From IMG/VR virus record IMGVR_UViG_3300046463_000164: a DNA stretch of 64,000 bases. The stretch is one strand, 5' to 3'. This document shows, one piece after another, positions 48,199 to 57,524 of this stretch. Each line of letters starts with the position of its first letter. Positions within the stretch are counted from its first letter, which is position 1. The DNA comes from a virus. The notes under the pieces were generated by a model, which saw nothing but the letters and a program-made list of their open reading frames with translations, was not told the origin of the DNA and searched no databases. The translations under genes were made by a program, and so were the position numbers.

Positions 48199-48936
48199 TT
48201 ATCGGGTCTTGATCCAATCGCACAATTCGTCGTTCAGAAGTGTCCCATACATGAACTCGTCCGAGATATTGGCCAAGTCCGGGAAGGTCACGAAGCCTAC
48301 GTGATCATACTTGTCGGCCATCTTACGCAGGAACGCGAACTTGCTGTTACCCACACCAATGAGCTGAATGTACATGTTCATCGCGCCCAGATCGCGGATA
48401 TGGGCTTCAGCTTCAACCGCACTGCCTTGATCATCACCGTCTGTGATGAACATCAGGAATGCAGGCGCTTGCTTGGGCTTCTCGACCGGAGCAGGCTTCT
48501 TGCCGAACAGACTCTTGAAGCTACCGATCAGGCCGGTTTGGGATGCCGTAGGGCCGGCAATAACTTCTTCCCAATCTTCCTTGACCTTCTCCAGCGCGAT
48601 ACCGTATTCAGTACCCGACCAAAGGTTGCCGCGACTGACTTGCTTCAAGAACTTCTTGTTCACATAGGAACCGAAGTCCTTGGCGACGATATCTTCCACG
48701 CTCTCGACATTCGAGCCGAAAGCGTATGCTTCCAGAGCACCGTTGTCGTCAAAGCGCATCCCCACCGGGATCAGGCGGTCCACCAGTTCTTGCATCGTGC
48801 CGTTATCGAACATCCACTTGATCGAACCGGAAACGTCCAGGACCAACTTCACTGCCATCACGATGTCGGTAGGCACGTTCCGCTTTTCCAGCGACAAACG
48901 CACAATCTCTTGTTTCTTCTCAAGACTCAAAGCCAT
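48199..48936 (-). CDS. vWA (TerF C-terminal-like) protein
   Basis: LDVSGS, FDDNG, GTEY, FITDGD, IQLIGVG, FLRKM. Confidence 0.82.
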   Translation of the reverse strand: MALSLEKKQEIVRLSLEKRNVPTDIVMAVKLVLDVSGSIKWMFDNGTMQELVDRLIPVGMRFDDNGALEAYAFGSNVESVEDIVAKDFGSYVNKKFLKQVSRGNLWSGTEYGIALEKVKEDWEEVIAGPTASQTGLIGSFKSLFGKKPAPVEKPKQAPAFLMFITDGDDQGSAVEAEAHIRDLGAMNMYIQLIGVGNSKFAFLRKMADKYDHVGFVTFPDLANISDEFMYGTLLNDELCDWIKTR

Positions 48937-48963
48937 TACTTACTACTCCAGGTTGTAAAACGG

Positions 48964-49290
48964 TTATTGTTGTAATTCGGAGATAATGCCGCGAATCCAC
49001 TTGACTCGCAATTCATTCCTTTCTTCTTGCGACATATCGTTGATCTGATTGTCAGTAAATTCATCCAGGCTAATCAGATAGTCGGTGTAGGTATAATGGC
49101 CACACAAGCGTTCTTCAATGCCTTTCTGGATACGATGAACGACGTAACGATTCACAATACCGAATTCATCGCCCATATCAATACGATCAAGACAATGACA
49201 AACGAACTCATAAATAGGGATCAATTCGATCACGCGTTCCAGAATCCGAATACCGGTTCGGATATCATATCCATCCAAATCCTTGATCAT
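48964..49290 (-). CDS. Hypothetical protein (paralog of 49287..49664)
   Basis: Shared C..., RL, R..WI..(I/M)I.ELQ pattern. Confidence 0.55.
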   Translation of the reverse strand: MIKDLDGYDIRTGIRILERVIELIPIYEFVCHCLDRIDMGDEFGIVNRYVVHRIQKGIEERLCGHYTYTDYLISLDEFTDNQINDMSQEERNELRVKWIRGIISELQQ

Positions 49291-49664
49291 TGCAGTTCCT
49301 CAATCATAGAGTCGATCCAAGCCAAACGGTATTCACGTGATGTGAACGTTTTTTCGCTATACGCATCATCGCCCATCTCATTTTGAAGCCAAGACGTGAC
49401 GAAAGCCTCATCACCCAGACGACGATCAATCTCATCAATCAAGACATCGCCGATGATATGAGTTTGTCGGGTCTGTCCGAAGTCACCGCGGTGTTCGATG
49501 TGGACCGGATTGCTTACAACTCCGATGGCCAGACACGTCCAGTGCTCCTTTCCGGAGTCGATCAGGGTACGCGCATTTTGGAAGATGCTGATTGCCATCG
49601 ATCTTTCTTCCGGGGTCTTGATGCCAAATGCTACGGTATGCACTTTCGGAAACTTCATTTTCAT
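49287..49664 (-). CDS. Hypothetical protein (paralog of 48964..49290)
   Basis: First gene after promoter TTTACG-N17-TATAAT (49694-49722, -). Confidence 0.55.
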   Translation of the reverse strand: MKMKFPKVHTVAFGIKTPEERSMAISIFQNARTLIDSGKEHWTCLAIGVVSNPVHIEHRGDFGQTRQTHIIGDVLIDEIDRRLGDEAFVTSWLQNEMGDDAYSEKTFTSREYRLAWIDSMIEELQ

Positions 49665-49771
49665 CCTCTAGGTCGTTTCGTTACGATAAGAAGATTATAC
49701 TGGAACATAGTATGGCCGTAAAGCCCTTTCAGGAAATAAAAATGACTCCAGCTATGAACTGGAGTCATTGT

Positions 49772-49978
49772 TTATAGAATCGCTAGTTGAATTCCTGAGC
49801 GTAATACTTGGGTTCCATCTTCAAATTGTACCTGAACCTTGTTGTCGGTAAATCCTGTTACTTGAGCTACTCTCAGACAGAATTTGAAGTCATCATGGAT
49901 CGTAGCAACAAAGTGATACATCTGAATGACTCGATTTGCGCAATCCCTGAAGACGCGCGGTTGAACTTCATCCGTCAT
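49772..49978 (-). CDS. Hypothetical protein
   Basis: Coupled ORF ending at terminator 49738-49768. Confidence 0.5.
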   Translation of the reverse strand: MTDEVQPRVFRDCANRVIQMYHFVATIHDDFKFCLRVAQVTGFTDNKVQVQFEDGTQVLRSGIQLAIL

Positions 49979-50244
49979 TTAACAAGCACCCATTTGGTAG
50001 TAGTAACTTGTACTGGCCTTACTTCATAGCAGTAAGTATCGCCATACTCATAATCACTAAAATAGCTACCACTACGGGTTTGACAAATAGAATAGTATTT
50101 CCCTTCATATTCAACGACAGTTTCTTTATTGTCATATTTACCCTCGCTGATCCATTCGCCCTTCTCCATGACCTTCAGGGCGTCATCTTCTTCGTCCCAA
50201 AGTTCAAGAACCTTATCAATCGTTTCTTTATCAACCATCTTCAT
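49975..50244 (-). CDS. Hypothetical acidic phage protein
   Basis: GEWISEGKY...TRSGSYFSDY; start uncertain. Confidence 0.55.
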   Translation of the reverse strand: MKMVDKETIDKVLELWDEEDDALKVMEKGEWISEGKYDNKETVVEYEGKYYSICQTRSGSYFSDYEYGDTYCYEVRPVQVTTTKWVLVK

Positions 50245-50423
50245 CTTCCAATTGTTTAATAAACATATCAATATATGTTTCTATGATAGTTCTTGCTGCG
50301 GTATGTGTGATACCGACATTCATACCAACAATCCTTCGACACTCATCGACTTGATCTTCTGTTGGTGTGATAGAAACCAGAACATACCCTTCTTTGTCTT
50401 CCCAAACAATCTTATGTTTCTTG

Positions 50424-50705
50424 TTAGACAAGGTCTTGGCCTTCCACACCCCTAGCAGTACGGTTCTTTGTACGTTCTTCAAGAGCCTGTTTAGCCATCA
50501 CCAGTCCACATAGGGCACGGACATTCTCTGCACAACCAAACTTCTGGTTCAGGTTGTCGATACGATGGATAAGAACCGCAATTAGTTCCTCATTAGTGGT
50601 ACCATCATAGACCAGCTGACCATCTTGCTTCTTCATAAAGCGGACGTGTTGGTTACCTTCAAGCTTGTAGATGTGTTGCGCATCAATAGAATCGTTGACT
50701 TTCAT
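50424..50705 (-). CDS. Tad1-like cyclic-nucleotide sponge (anti-Thoeris/CBASS family)
   Basis: H.Y...F...GTTNEELIAVLIHR...F.CAEN..AL..L..A...L..R...R..RGVEG matches the recalled Tad1 pattern. Confidence 0.65.
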   Translation of the reverse strand: MKVNDSIDAQHIYKLEGNQHVRFMKKQDGQLVYDGTTNEELIAVLIHRIDNLNQKFGCAENVRALCGLVMAKQALEERTKNRTARGVEGQDLV

Positions 50706-50708
50706 TGC

Positions 50709-50927
50709 TTACCTCAGGTTGAGTTTTACTTCAATGGTTTTGTAGAAATAGATTCCGTTATCGTTGATAACGTCACCGCGTTGTGTGAGGGCATAGACTT
50801 GATCTAGGAAGTCTAGGGATTCAACAATGTTAAGCTCGATCAGGCCGATCTTTTTGTTGAACTCCTGAGCACAAGCAATCTGATGCTCAATCTCCCAGAT
50901 TACGTCAGATTCATAGATTACGTTCAT
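50709..50927 (-). CDS. Hypothetical protein
   Basis: Coupled ORF. Confidence 0.45.
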   Translation of the reverse strand: MNVIYESDVIWEIEHQIACAQEFNKKIGLIELNIVESLDFLDQVYALTQRGDVINDNGIYFYKTIEVKLNLR

Positions 50928-51115
50928 GGATTAAACCTCTGTCTAGCTTTGATGTATGCCAACTCATTCCGCAACGCAGTGATTTCAGAGCGAGCAGCGA
51001 AGATATCTGCCTGAAGTCGTTTAACTTCAAACGTTAATTCCGTATTAGTGAATACCTTATAGACATCTGCACCCGACTGAGGCTGTTCAATATCAATCAT
51101 TATCCAAAATTCCAA
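50924..51115 (-). CDS. Hypothetical protein
   Basis: Coupled ORF downstream of the helicase. Confidence 0.4.
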   Translation of the reverse strand: MEFWIMIDIEQPQSGADVYKVFTNTELTFEVKRLQADIFAARSEITALRNELAYIKARQRFNP

Positions 51116-52512
51116 TTGTTAATAGGGGATTCATCGCCTACACGACGACTAATCTGTTGTGCCGCTTGTTGAGGTTGAGGAATTTCGTTAGACATACCCA
51201 AAGCGGATAGTTCATCCTCACTCAGACCGGCAGCTTGACTGTCTACCTCGTAGTATTTTTGCTTATCTGGATTCAATCCTAACACAAACTTACCTTTGTA
51301 ACTGGCGTATCGATTCTTAATGATCTTACCAATCACCATTCCTCTTGCTACCATTTCCTCAGGAAGCAGAATCGCGTACATAAAGTCAGCCGTTGCTGCA
51401 ATACCAATAGCCAACGAGATATTACCCAAACCTGCATCGCTTGCTCCTTGTGTTGCTCTATCGAACTGAACTGCGGTCCAGATAGGAACACCCTGCTCTT
51501 GAGCGAACGCACGCAACTCTTCAGCAACGCTCGTGAAGTAGGTATTTGTGTTACCCTTGGCAGAAGCCGGCAGCTTGGAAGATGCACAGATCGTCAGATA
51601 GTCGATACAGATCAGCTTCGGAACAAACTTCTTCTTAATCTTCAGTTCTTGAAGAAGATGTCGGAAGTTACCAACGTGGGCCGATCCAGCCGGGAATTCC
51701 TTAACGATCAGACGACCATTTGTCTTCTTACGCAACTCGTTCACCCGGTTCATATACTGAACCTTCTGAAGAGCAAAGACCTGATCGAACGTCATATCCA
51801 TTGCTGCAACGTCGATACGCTCACGACAAGTGCTCTCGTCCATTTCCATGGAGATATAGAGAACATCTTCACCGCGAGTCAACCAATCGGCTGCTTGCTG
51901 AATCAAGTGGATAGATTTGCCGCCGTTAATCGGGGCTAGAACAACGTTCAACGTCTTGTCTTTGATCCCTCCCTTTGTGACCTTATTCAGAATCGGGAGA
52001 CTAAACGGATGACGCGCTTGATCGGAGTGGAGTTGATCGTAATGATGCTCTGCATCTTCCCAGTAATCGTGACCTATGTGTGAGTCGAAACTCACAGACA
52101 ATGCCTCCATAATCATACCAGGGATTGTATTCTGATCTACGTCCTTGATGTTCCCTTCAGCGATGTCGATTGCTTTGTACATTGCATTGAAAAGCGCCGA
52201 ACGCTTACAATGCTCTTCAGTCTGATCGACTAGCCATTGAAAAGAGGTTCCTTCAGGATCAGGCTCAAGCCCTTTGATGACCCCGATGACTTCGTCAAAA
52301 AACCCTTCATGAAGGTTGCTGTTGCTGACCGAAATAGCAAGCGCCTCTTTGGTTGGGGGCACGCTGTAGGTTGAGACAAAATTCTTAATTTCCTTGAAAA
52401 CGTGTTTTTCAGATTCGCTGCTAAAATACTCTTCAGCAAGAAACGGTAGTACAGTGCGGAGATACTTCTCATTATGTATGAGATTGCTGATGATAATTCT
52501 TTCAATCGCCAC
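51100..52512 (-). CDS. 41: Replicative helicase gp41
   Basis: SFDSHIGHDY, Walker A APINGGKS, YISMEM, IVKEFP, IDYL, AEELR, TADFM, KNRY; GTG start at 52512. Confidence 0.95.
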   Translation of the reverse strand: MAIERIIISNLIHNEKYLRTVLPFLAEEYFSSESEKHVFKEIKNFVSTYSVPPTKEALAISVSNSNLHEGFFDEVIGVIKGLEPDPEGTSFQWLVDQTEEHCKRSALFNAMYKAIDIAEGNIKDVDQNTIPGMIMEALSVSFDSHIGHDYWEDAEHHYDQLHSDQARHPFSLPILNKVTKGGIKDKTLNVVLAPINGGKSIHLIQQAADWLTRGEDVLYISMEMDESTCRERIDVAAMDMTFDQVFALQKVQYMNRVNELRKKTNGRLIVKEFPAGSAHVGNFRHLLQELKIKKKFVPKLICIDYLTICASSKLPASAKGNTNTYFTSVAEELRAFAQEQGVPIWTAVQFDRATQGASDAGLGNISLAIGIAATADFMYAILLPEEMVARGMVIGKIIKNRYASYKGKFVLGLNPDKQKYYEVDSQAAGLSEDELSALGMSNEIPQPQQAAQQISRRVGDESPINNWNFG

Positions 52513-52816
52513 TCTTACTGCTCGCTTTTTGATACTTGTTAAACACCAACAGTTCCTCAAGATTCGTCATGAGGATATGTCCTACATAATCTACAAACTT
52601 ATCTGACCTGGTATCCAGAAATCGCGGATTTTCAAAAACTTCATATTCGAACTTGACTCTGAGCTGTTCATCTTCTTCCAGAAGTTGAACCATACCGTAT
52701 TGGTATATAACTCCAGCATACGGCGAATCTCCTTTCAATATGATATGGTGAAAGTTCTCTTCACCCTTGTCGATGATATCATATTCATCGTCTGAAATCT
52801 TTTGTAGCTTCGTCAT
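52502..52816 (-). CDS. Small acidic protein, gp40-like by position
   Basis: Lies between uvsX and 41; GVIYQYG...VKFEYEV. Confidence 0.5.
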   Translation of the reverse strand: MTKLQKISDDEYDIIDKGEENFHHIILKGDSPYAGVIYQYGMVQLLEEDEQLRVKFEYEVFENPRFLDTRSDKFVDYVGHILMTNLEELLVFNKYQKASSKSGD

Positions 52817-52878
52817 TTATTCTCCATAATGCCGGGTTATCTATTATAACCCGGCTATGTGTTGTTTAGAAGCGCGTA

Positions 52879-53181
52879 TCAGCCGTTAGAGCGTTCTGTT
52901 ACTGTAACCTTAACGGAGTATAGATCCATAGGAGAATACCCGCCATAGCCATCGTCGCCACCGCAACACTCAAATACGATGCTCAAGCTAGCACCAACCG
53001 GCACTTCGATTTGATTTTTGATCAATTCCTTAAGTTGGTCCTTAGTGATAGTGTAAGAAGTTTCCTTCTTCACATCAGCCTTGAAAGGTTTGGTAGACTT
53101 ACTAGCCCCAAAGGGCTGATAGATAGACTCACTAGCCCCGAAGGGCTGATAAGTTTGTCCTTCAATAATCCGTCTTTCCAT
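52879..53181 (-). CDS. Hypothetical protein with internal duplication
   Basis: YQPFGAS occurs twice. Confidence 0.5.
   Translation of the reverse strand: MERRIIEGQTYQPFGASESIYQPFGASKSTKPFKADVKKETSYTITKDQLKELIKNQIEVPVGASLSIVFECCGGDDGYGGYSPMDLYSVKVTVTERSNG
53094..53151. repeat. 30-bp-period tandem duplication of a hairpin
   Basis: TAGACTTACTAGCCCCAAAGGGCTGATA / TAGACTCACTAGCCCCGAAGGGCTGATA. Confidence 0.85.
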
Positions 53182-53183
53182 GA

Positions 53184-54269
53184 TTATAGAATCTCTCCAG
53201 TTTCGCTATCAACTACCATAGAAGCCTCACCTTCACCACGTTCGTTGGGTCCGCCAAGCATATACATATCCTTCACCAATTTCTTGAATTGGTCGTTCTT
53301 CAACAGATCATCAAAGAACTTAGTATAGTTGGCTTCAATGTCCTTACGACGATACGACTTACCATCAACCCAACCATCTAGATTGAATTGGTAGAAACCT
53401 TGCTTTTCTGATTTCAGAAAGCCTGTTTCCATTGCCCATTCGAACATACCGGAGTATTTGAAGATGCCGCCTTCATACGTCACTAGAATGCTGAACTTGG
53501 ATTTCTCCTGTACATAGCGCGACTTCATTGCGCTGTAGTTGAAGCTCCAACCCAACAGTTCCTTTTCTTCCTTAACTTGCGAACGAGTGACCATCAGCAC
53601 AACGTCAGACGACAGGAATGCTTGCTTACCGCCCTTAACCGTAGCCTCAGCGTATTGGTTAACAATCGAATCGTAGTAAGAATTGATGAAGAAACAAGGA
53701 ATCTTCTTCAACATCAGTTTTGGAGTAACAATACGGAAGAATGAGTTGAGTTCACGAGCGCGAGTCAAGTCAGCTGCTGCGTTCTCATTCAAAGCATTCT
53801 CTACTTCCTTCTTGGAAGCCAACTGCGACACCGAGTCGATGAAGATCATTACCTTACCTTCACCCAACTGAATTTCGTCTAGCGCTTGAGCCATCTTGAA
53901 CTTCAGGTCTTCAATATTCTCCATCGCGTAGTGGATAATACGTGACTTATCTACCTTGAAGGAGTTAAAGCTACTCTTGGAGCCAAACTCAGAGTCGAAG
54001 AACAATACAACGTGTTCCGGGTCTTCATTCAAGAAGTCATCCACCAATGATACACAGAAATTGGTCTTAAATGTACGGGAATCGCCAACCACTTGATAAA
54101 GACCGGGAGTTACACCGCCGTCAAAATCCCCTGCCAGCATCATATTGATTGCTGGAGTGATTGAGCGGAAAATAACATCCTTATCGAAAAAGTGGGATTC
54201 GCTCAGTACCGAAATCTTATCATCCTTGCCCGCCTTTTTCAATAGACGAGACATCAAACTACTTGCCAT
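53184..54269 (-). CDS. uvsX: UvsX RecA-like recombinase
   Basis: GDSRTFKT, FFDSEFG, IDSV..LASKKE, ADLTRA, KSRYVQEK. Confidence 0.93.
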   Translation of the reverse strand: MASSLMSRLLKKAGKDDKISVLSESHFFDKDVIFRSITPAINMMLAGDFDGGVTPGLYQVVGDSRTFKTNFCVSLVDDFLNEDPEHVVLFFDSEFGSKSSFNSFKVDKSRIIHYAMENIEDLKFKMAQALDEIQLGEGKVMIFIDSVSQLASKKEVENALNENAAADLTRARELNSFFRIVTPKLMLKKIPCFFINSYYDSIVNQYAEATVKGGKQAFLSSDVVLMVTRSQVKEEKELLGWSFNYSAMKSRYVQEKSKFSILVTYEGGIFKYSGMFEWAMETGFLKSEKQGFYQFNLDGWVDGKSYRRKDIEANYTKFFDDLLKNDQFKKLVKDMYMLGGPNERGEGEASMVVDSETGEIL

Positions 54270-54336
54270 TTTATTTCCTTTGTTTCAAATTTTAGGGTTT
54301 GGTAGGAAAATAACATTGACCTACCTCAACGTCACA

Positions 54337-54933
54337 TTAGTGAATCTTTACAGCTTGATAATCATCTAGGATATCTGGATCAACTTCCTCAGCGATGCGC
54401 CTTACGGTATCAACCAAGCCGTTAACATTCAGATACGAATGAATATAGGCTTGTAGATTATCATAACGCACCTTCATACCGGTTGATTGAGCTGTCGTGT
54501 CTGCACACAAGTCAATGAGCTGAGACATCTGAGCTTCAAGGATAGCGATGGAGCGGGTCTGTTCTTGTACTTTGTTATGCAGATATTGGTTCATCTGCAT
54601 AATGCCCAACGGCACTTCTTCATCGAACAGACTCACTTCATATCTAGCGTCGCCAAATACTTCTTCCAACACTTCTTCGGCATCTGGGACAAAACCCGCT
54701 TCGACTGAGTCTAGTTGAACTAGACAGTTATTTAACTTCTCATCCTCAACCACCAGACCGATGGTGCCGATAGCATATGAACCTCTTGATCCATCAGTAC
54801 CATTGATGAACTTCTCATCTGCATAATAGTAGGCAGAAACGTGATCCACATTATTCTGGACCAACGCGGCGTATTTGCTCACCCCCTCCAAATTGACGGC
54901 AGAGAATGTGATTTCAATCAGACTTTGTCTCAT
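54337..54933 (-). CDS. Hypothetical protein with coiled coil
   Basis: 198-aa ORF within the operon; AAGGA RBS. Confidence 0.6.
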   Translation of the reverse strand: MRQSLIEITFSAVNLEGVSKYAALVQNNVDHVSAYYYADEKFINGTDGSRGSYAIGTIGLVVEDEKLNNCLVQLDSVEAGFVPDAEEVLEEVFGDARYEVSLFDEEVPLGIMQMNQYLHNKVQEQTRSIAILEAQMSQLIDLCADTTAQSTGMKVRYDNLQAYIHSYLNVNGLVDTVRRIAEEVDPDILDDYQAVKIH

Positions 54934-54942
54934 TGTTGTTCC

Positions 54943-55548
54943 TTACTTTAGTTGTTCCAATAGCTTGAGCTCAGCTTCTCTAGACTTATCATAAGTCCCT
55001 TGAAGTTGACCTCCTTCTACCCGCTTTGCATTCAGCTTATTCTTCATCCCATAAGCAACGAACAAATCTCCGGAATTCAAACCGCCAATCAACCAGCCGC
55101 CGGATTCAATAACATCCAATAGCATACTAATCGCCACTCGACAGTTGAAATTTACTCCCTTCAAGAAGTTAGCAACCGAATCCGAGAAATTGTCATGCGG
55201 GTCTCCCTGATAAACCTTCACAGAGGCTTCAGGTGGAATCCGTCGATTAATCTCTTGAATAATTTCCTCAGGAGAATATTGATGCAGGATCAACAAAAGT
55301 CCGAAGTGGATAGCATCGATCAGCTCAAAGATTGCCTTGTCTCTATCAATCGTCTTGGCTTGAGCCTTACCGGACCACCACTTCCAGGTAGGTTCCAGTT
55401 CACGAGCAAACTCAGATACCTCGTCCAGAAAGGCAATCTTTGCCTTCCCGCGAGATACTTGATCCCGCCAATCCTTTCCATTATATTTCTCGTTCAGTAA
55501 CTCCTGAGCAAGAAACATATAAATCAACTCTTTACTGTTTACGAGCAT
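54943..55548 (-). CDS. Dimeric all-alpha dUTPase/dNTPase (gp56-like fold)
   Basis: DEVSEF, WKWW, ELIDAIHF, KNKLN..R. Confidence 0.82.
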   Translation of the reverse strand: MLVNSKELIYMFLAQELLNEKYNGKDWRDQVSRGKAKIAFLDEVSEFARELEPTWKWWSGKAQAKTIDRDKAIFELIDAIHFGLLLILHQYSPEEIIQEINRRIPPEASVKVYQGDPHDNFSDSVANFLKGVNFNCRVAISMLLDVIESGGWLIGGLNSGDLFVAYGMKNKLNAKRVEGGQLQGTYDKSREAELKLLEQLK

Positions 55549-56092
55549 AATTGTCCTTAAACGCATTGAAGAACTCGTCAAACTCCGATGTTCCATTCAT
55601 CGAGTTAAGGAAATAGGCGTCATAGTCTTGAAACTGACGAACATATTCCTCAAAGTCGCTAGGCGGCAGATGACTACGATCTTCAAGCTCAATCTTGATT
55701 ACGGGAATTCTCGCGGCTTTCAAAAAGTCCCATTCATTCGGGGTTCTGAAATCGGTGATGATATACAGATTGTCTTTACGGAAACATTGATCCAAAATAT
55801 GATCATGGGTTTCAATGAACTGATTGACAAAGAAGTTTGGATCCACATCGCGAACCTTTCCTGCTACCAACCAAATATCCCTAGGCGTCAGGTTATTCGG
55901 ATTGTTTGGATGCGTGAAAGGCTGGTCTTTATTCTCAGGGCTGACATATACCGGCAACCAAGGAAAAAGCTGATTCGCAAGGACACGGACCTGATCGCTG
56001 AATGACAATCTAACCGCACCTTGCGTTTTGGCGAGATATTCTGCAAAGTAGTCTTTGCCAGACTTATACTCGCCCATAAACGCAAAAATCAT
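55532..56092 (-). CDS. Deoxynucleoside monophosphate kinase (gp1-like)
   Basis: GEYKSGKD P-loop, SFSD, TPRD, ITDFRTPNE. Confidence 0.85.
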   Translation of the reverse strand: MIFAFMGEYKSGKDYFAEYLAKTQGAVRLSFSDQVRVLANQLFPWLPVYVSPENKDQPFTHPNNPNNLTPRDIWLVAGKVRDVDPNFFVNQFIETHDHILDQCFRKDNLYIITDFRTPNEWDFLKAARIPVIKIELEDRSHLPPSDFEEYVRQFQDYDAYFLNSMNGTSEFDEFFNAFKDNYARKQ

Positions 56093-57178
56093 TTACACCT
56101 CTACGTCAAACTTACGGAAACTCGACTCATAGATCGAACGGGAAAGCTCAGCAGACAGTCCGGTGAGGTCTATCGCCGTAGTTAGTACGGTTCCCCGCTT
56201 AGAAGCGATGTAGTGAGCTACTAGCTGTGCGTACAGCCACAAAAGATTACCTTCCAGAGGCACGTTGAAGTTAATAAACAGATGACCCAGGTTATGGATC
56301 ATTGTGCCTAGAACAAAGTCAGGTTCATCAGTTGTAATGCCTTCCGTCAGCATCGCTACAATAGCACTGAAGAAACTCTTCCAATGAAGAATATCAGGAC
56401 CGATGATCGGCATATGATTTTCTTCAGTTGATGTCAGATAATTGCTTTTGTTCGCAATCGCCGCATCAGCCTGCTCCCTGGAAAAGTCGTACAGGTGAGC
56501 ATTGGTGACGTGCCAACGATACGGACCAAGTTTCAAACCTGGGTAGTTCTTCTTGATCTCGTTGAACATCAACTCATGCAGGAATGAGAATTCGAACGGA
56601 TTGATAGAACCGGTACCAAAGATGATATCGCCTGAGCGCTGGATGACCTTGGTGCAGAACTTATCTTCGCCTTCAACATAGAAGTTGATACCCAGGTTGC
56701 AAGGTCGATCCTTACCTAGTTCCCCATAACCAAAACGGTCTTCAATCGCTTCAGTCGAATCCTTATGGATATCGTGAATCGATACAAACGCGCGGCGAGT
56801 GTAGAGACTATCACGGCGGAATAGATCAGGCATAGATACAATCTGACGTTGGTCATAGAAACGCGGACCATAAGCGCCAGACCAAGTCACACCGTCATCT
56901 GAATACTGGGGCGCGCGTGGCAGGAAGAAGGACAGATAAGGGTTCACACGATCATCGCCCGCCATAACCCAAAAGGTTTCAGCGATCAAAGCGAAGATAT
57001 TAGATTTGCGACCTGCGAGAGAAAGGTGACGCGAGCGGGGATTTGTTACTTCAAAGGTTGTATCGAAAATTGAAGTGCAACCGCCGTTACGGGATGGCCG
57101 ATAATGGCCTTCATGGATGATTTTGTTGAAACCTGCGAGTACTACACTTGAAACGCTACTACCAGAAACCAAATGCAT
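56093..57178 (-). CDS. Thymidylate synthase homolog: dUMP hydroxymethyltransferase
   Basis: YSDDG.TW.GAYGPR, TRRA, catalytic PCN, QRSGD..FG...IN (Asn = dUMP specificity), HLY; resembles the SPO1/PhiW-14/ViI-type enzyme rather than ThyA. Confidence 0.82.
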   Translation of the reverse strand: MHLVSGSSVSSVVLAGFNKIIHEGHYRPSRNGGCTSIFDTTFEVTNPRSRHLSLAGRKSNIFALIAETFWVMAGDDRVNPYLSFFLPRAPQYSDDGVTWSGAYGPRFYDQRQIVSMPDLFRRDSLYTRRAFVSIHDIHKDSTEAIEDRFGYGELGKDRPCNLGINFYVEGEDKFCTKVIQRSGDIIFGTGSINPFEFSFLHELMFNEIKKNYPGLKLGPYRWHVTNAHLYDFSREQADAAIANKSNYLTSTEENHMPIIGPDILHWKSFFSAIVAMLTEGITTDEPDFVLGTMIHNLGHLFINFNVPLEGNLLWLYAQLVAHYIASKRGTVLTTAIDLTGLSAELSRSIYESSFRKFDVEV

Positions 57179-57217
57179 AGAACTGCTTAAGCCCCTATAT
57201 GGAATGTAAGGAGGGTA

Positions 57218-57246
57218 ATTATAGATGGAAAATGCGCTAAAGTCTA
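57218..57246 (-). promoter_or_regulatory. Sigma70-type promoter of the hmdU operon
   Basis: TAGACT-N17-TATAAT. Confidence 0.72.
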
Positions 57247-57272
57247 GCGCATATTTATGATTTTCAGATCAG

Positions 57273-57524
57273 TTATTTCTTGACGATCAGCTCATCGCCC
57301 GGTTGGAATTCACGGATGAACTTGACGTGATCCTCGTTCAAGTAAGCCAAATCCGAATGACAGATCACCCCGTCTGCGCTGAACCAAATTGCACGGTTGT
57401 CGCTGATGATCACAACCGAAACCTCTTTGTCATCCGTGTCCATGAAGATGAGCGGCTTCAGGTTAGGATATTCATGGTTGGTAACCTTGTCGCCTAATTG
57501 GGGCACTGTAATATTGTATTCCAC
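57273..57524 (-). CDS. Hypothetical protein (paralog of 57720..58001)
   Basis: DT...IWF..DG....SDL.Y.NE...IR...PGD.L. Confidence 0.6.
   Translation of the reverse strand: MEYNITVPQLGDKVTNHEYPNLKPLIFMDTDDKEVSVVIISDNRAIWFSADGVICHSDLAYLNEDHVKFIREFQPGDELIVKK

Noticed and set aside
56093-57178. dCMP hydroxymethylase (T4 gp42-like), implying glycosyl-hmC
   Set aside because: The specificity residue is Asn rather than Asp, and the motifs and neighbours fit the dUMP hydroxymethylase type.
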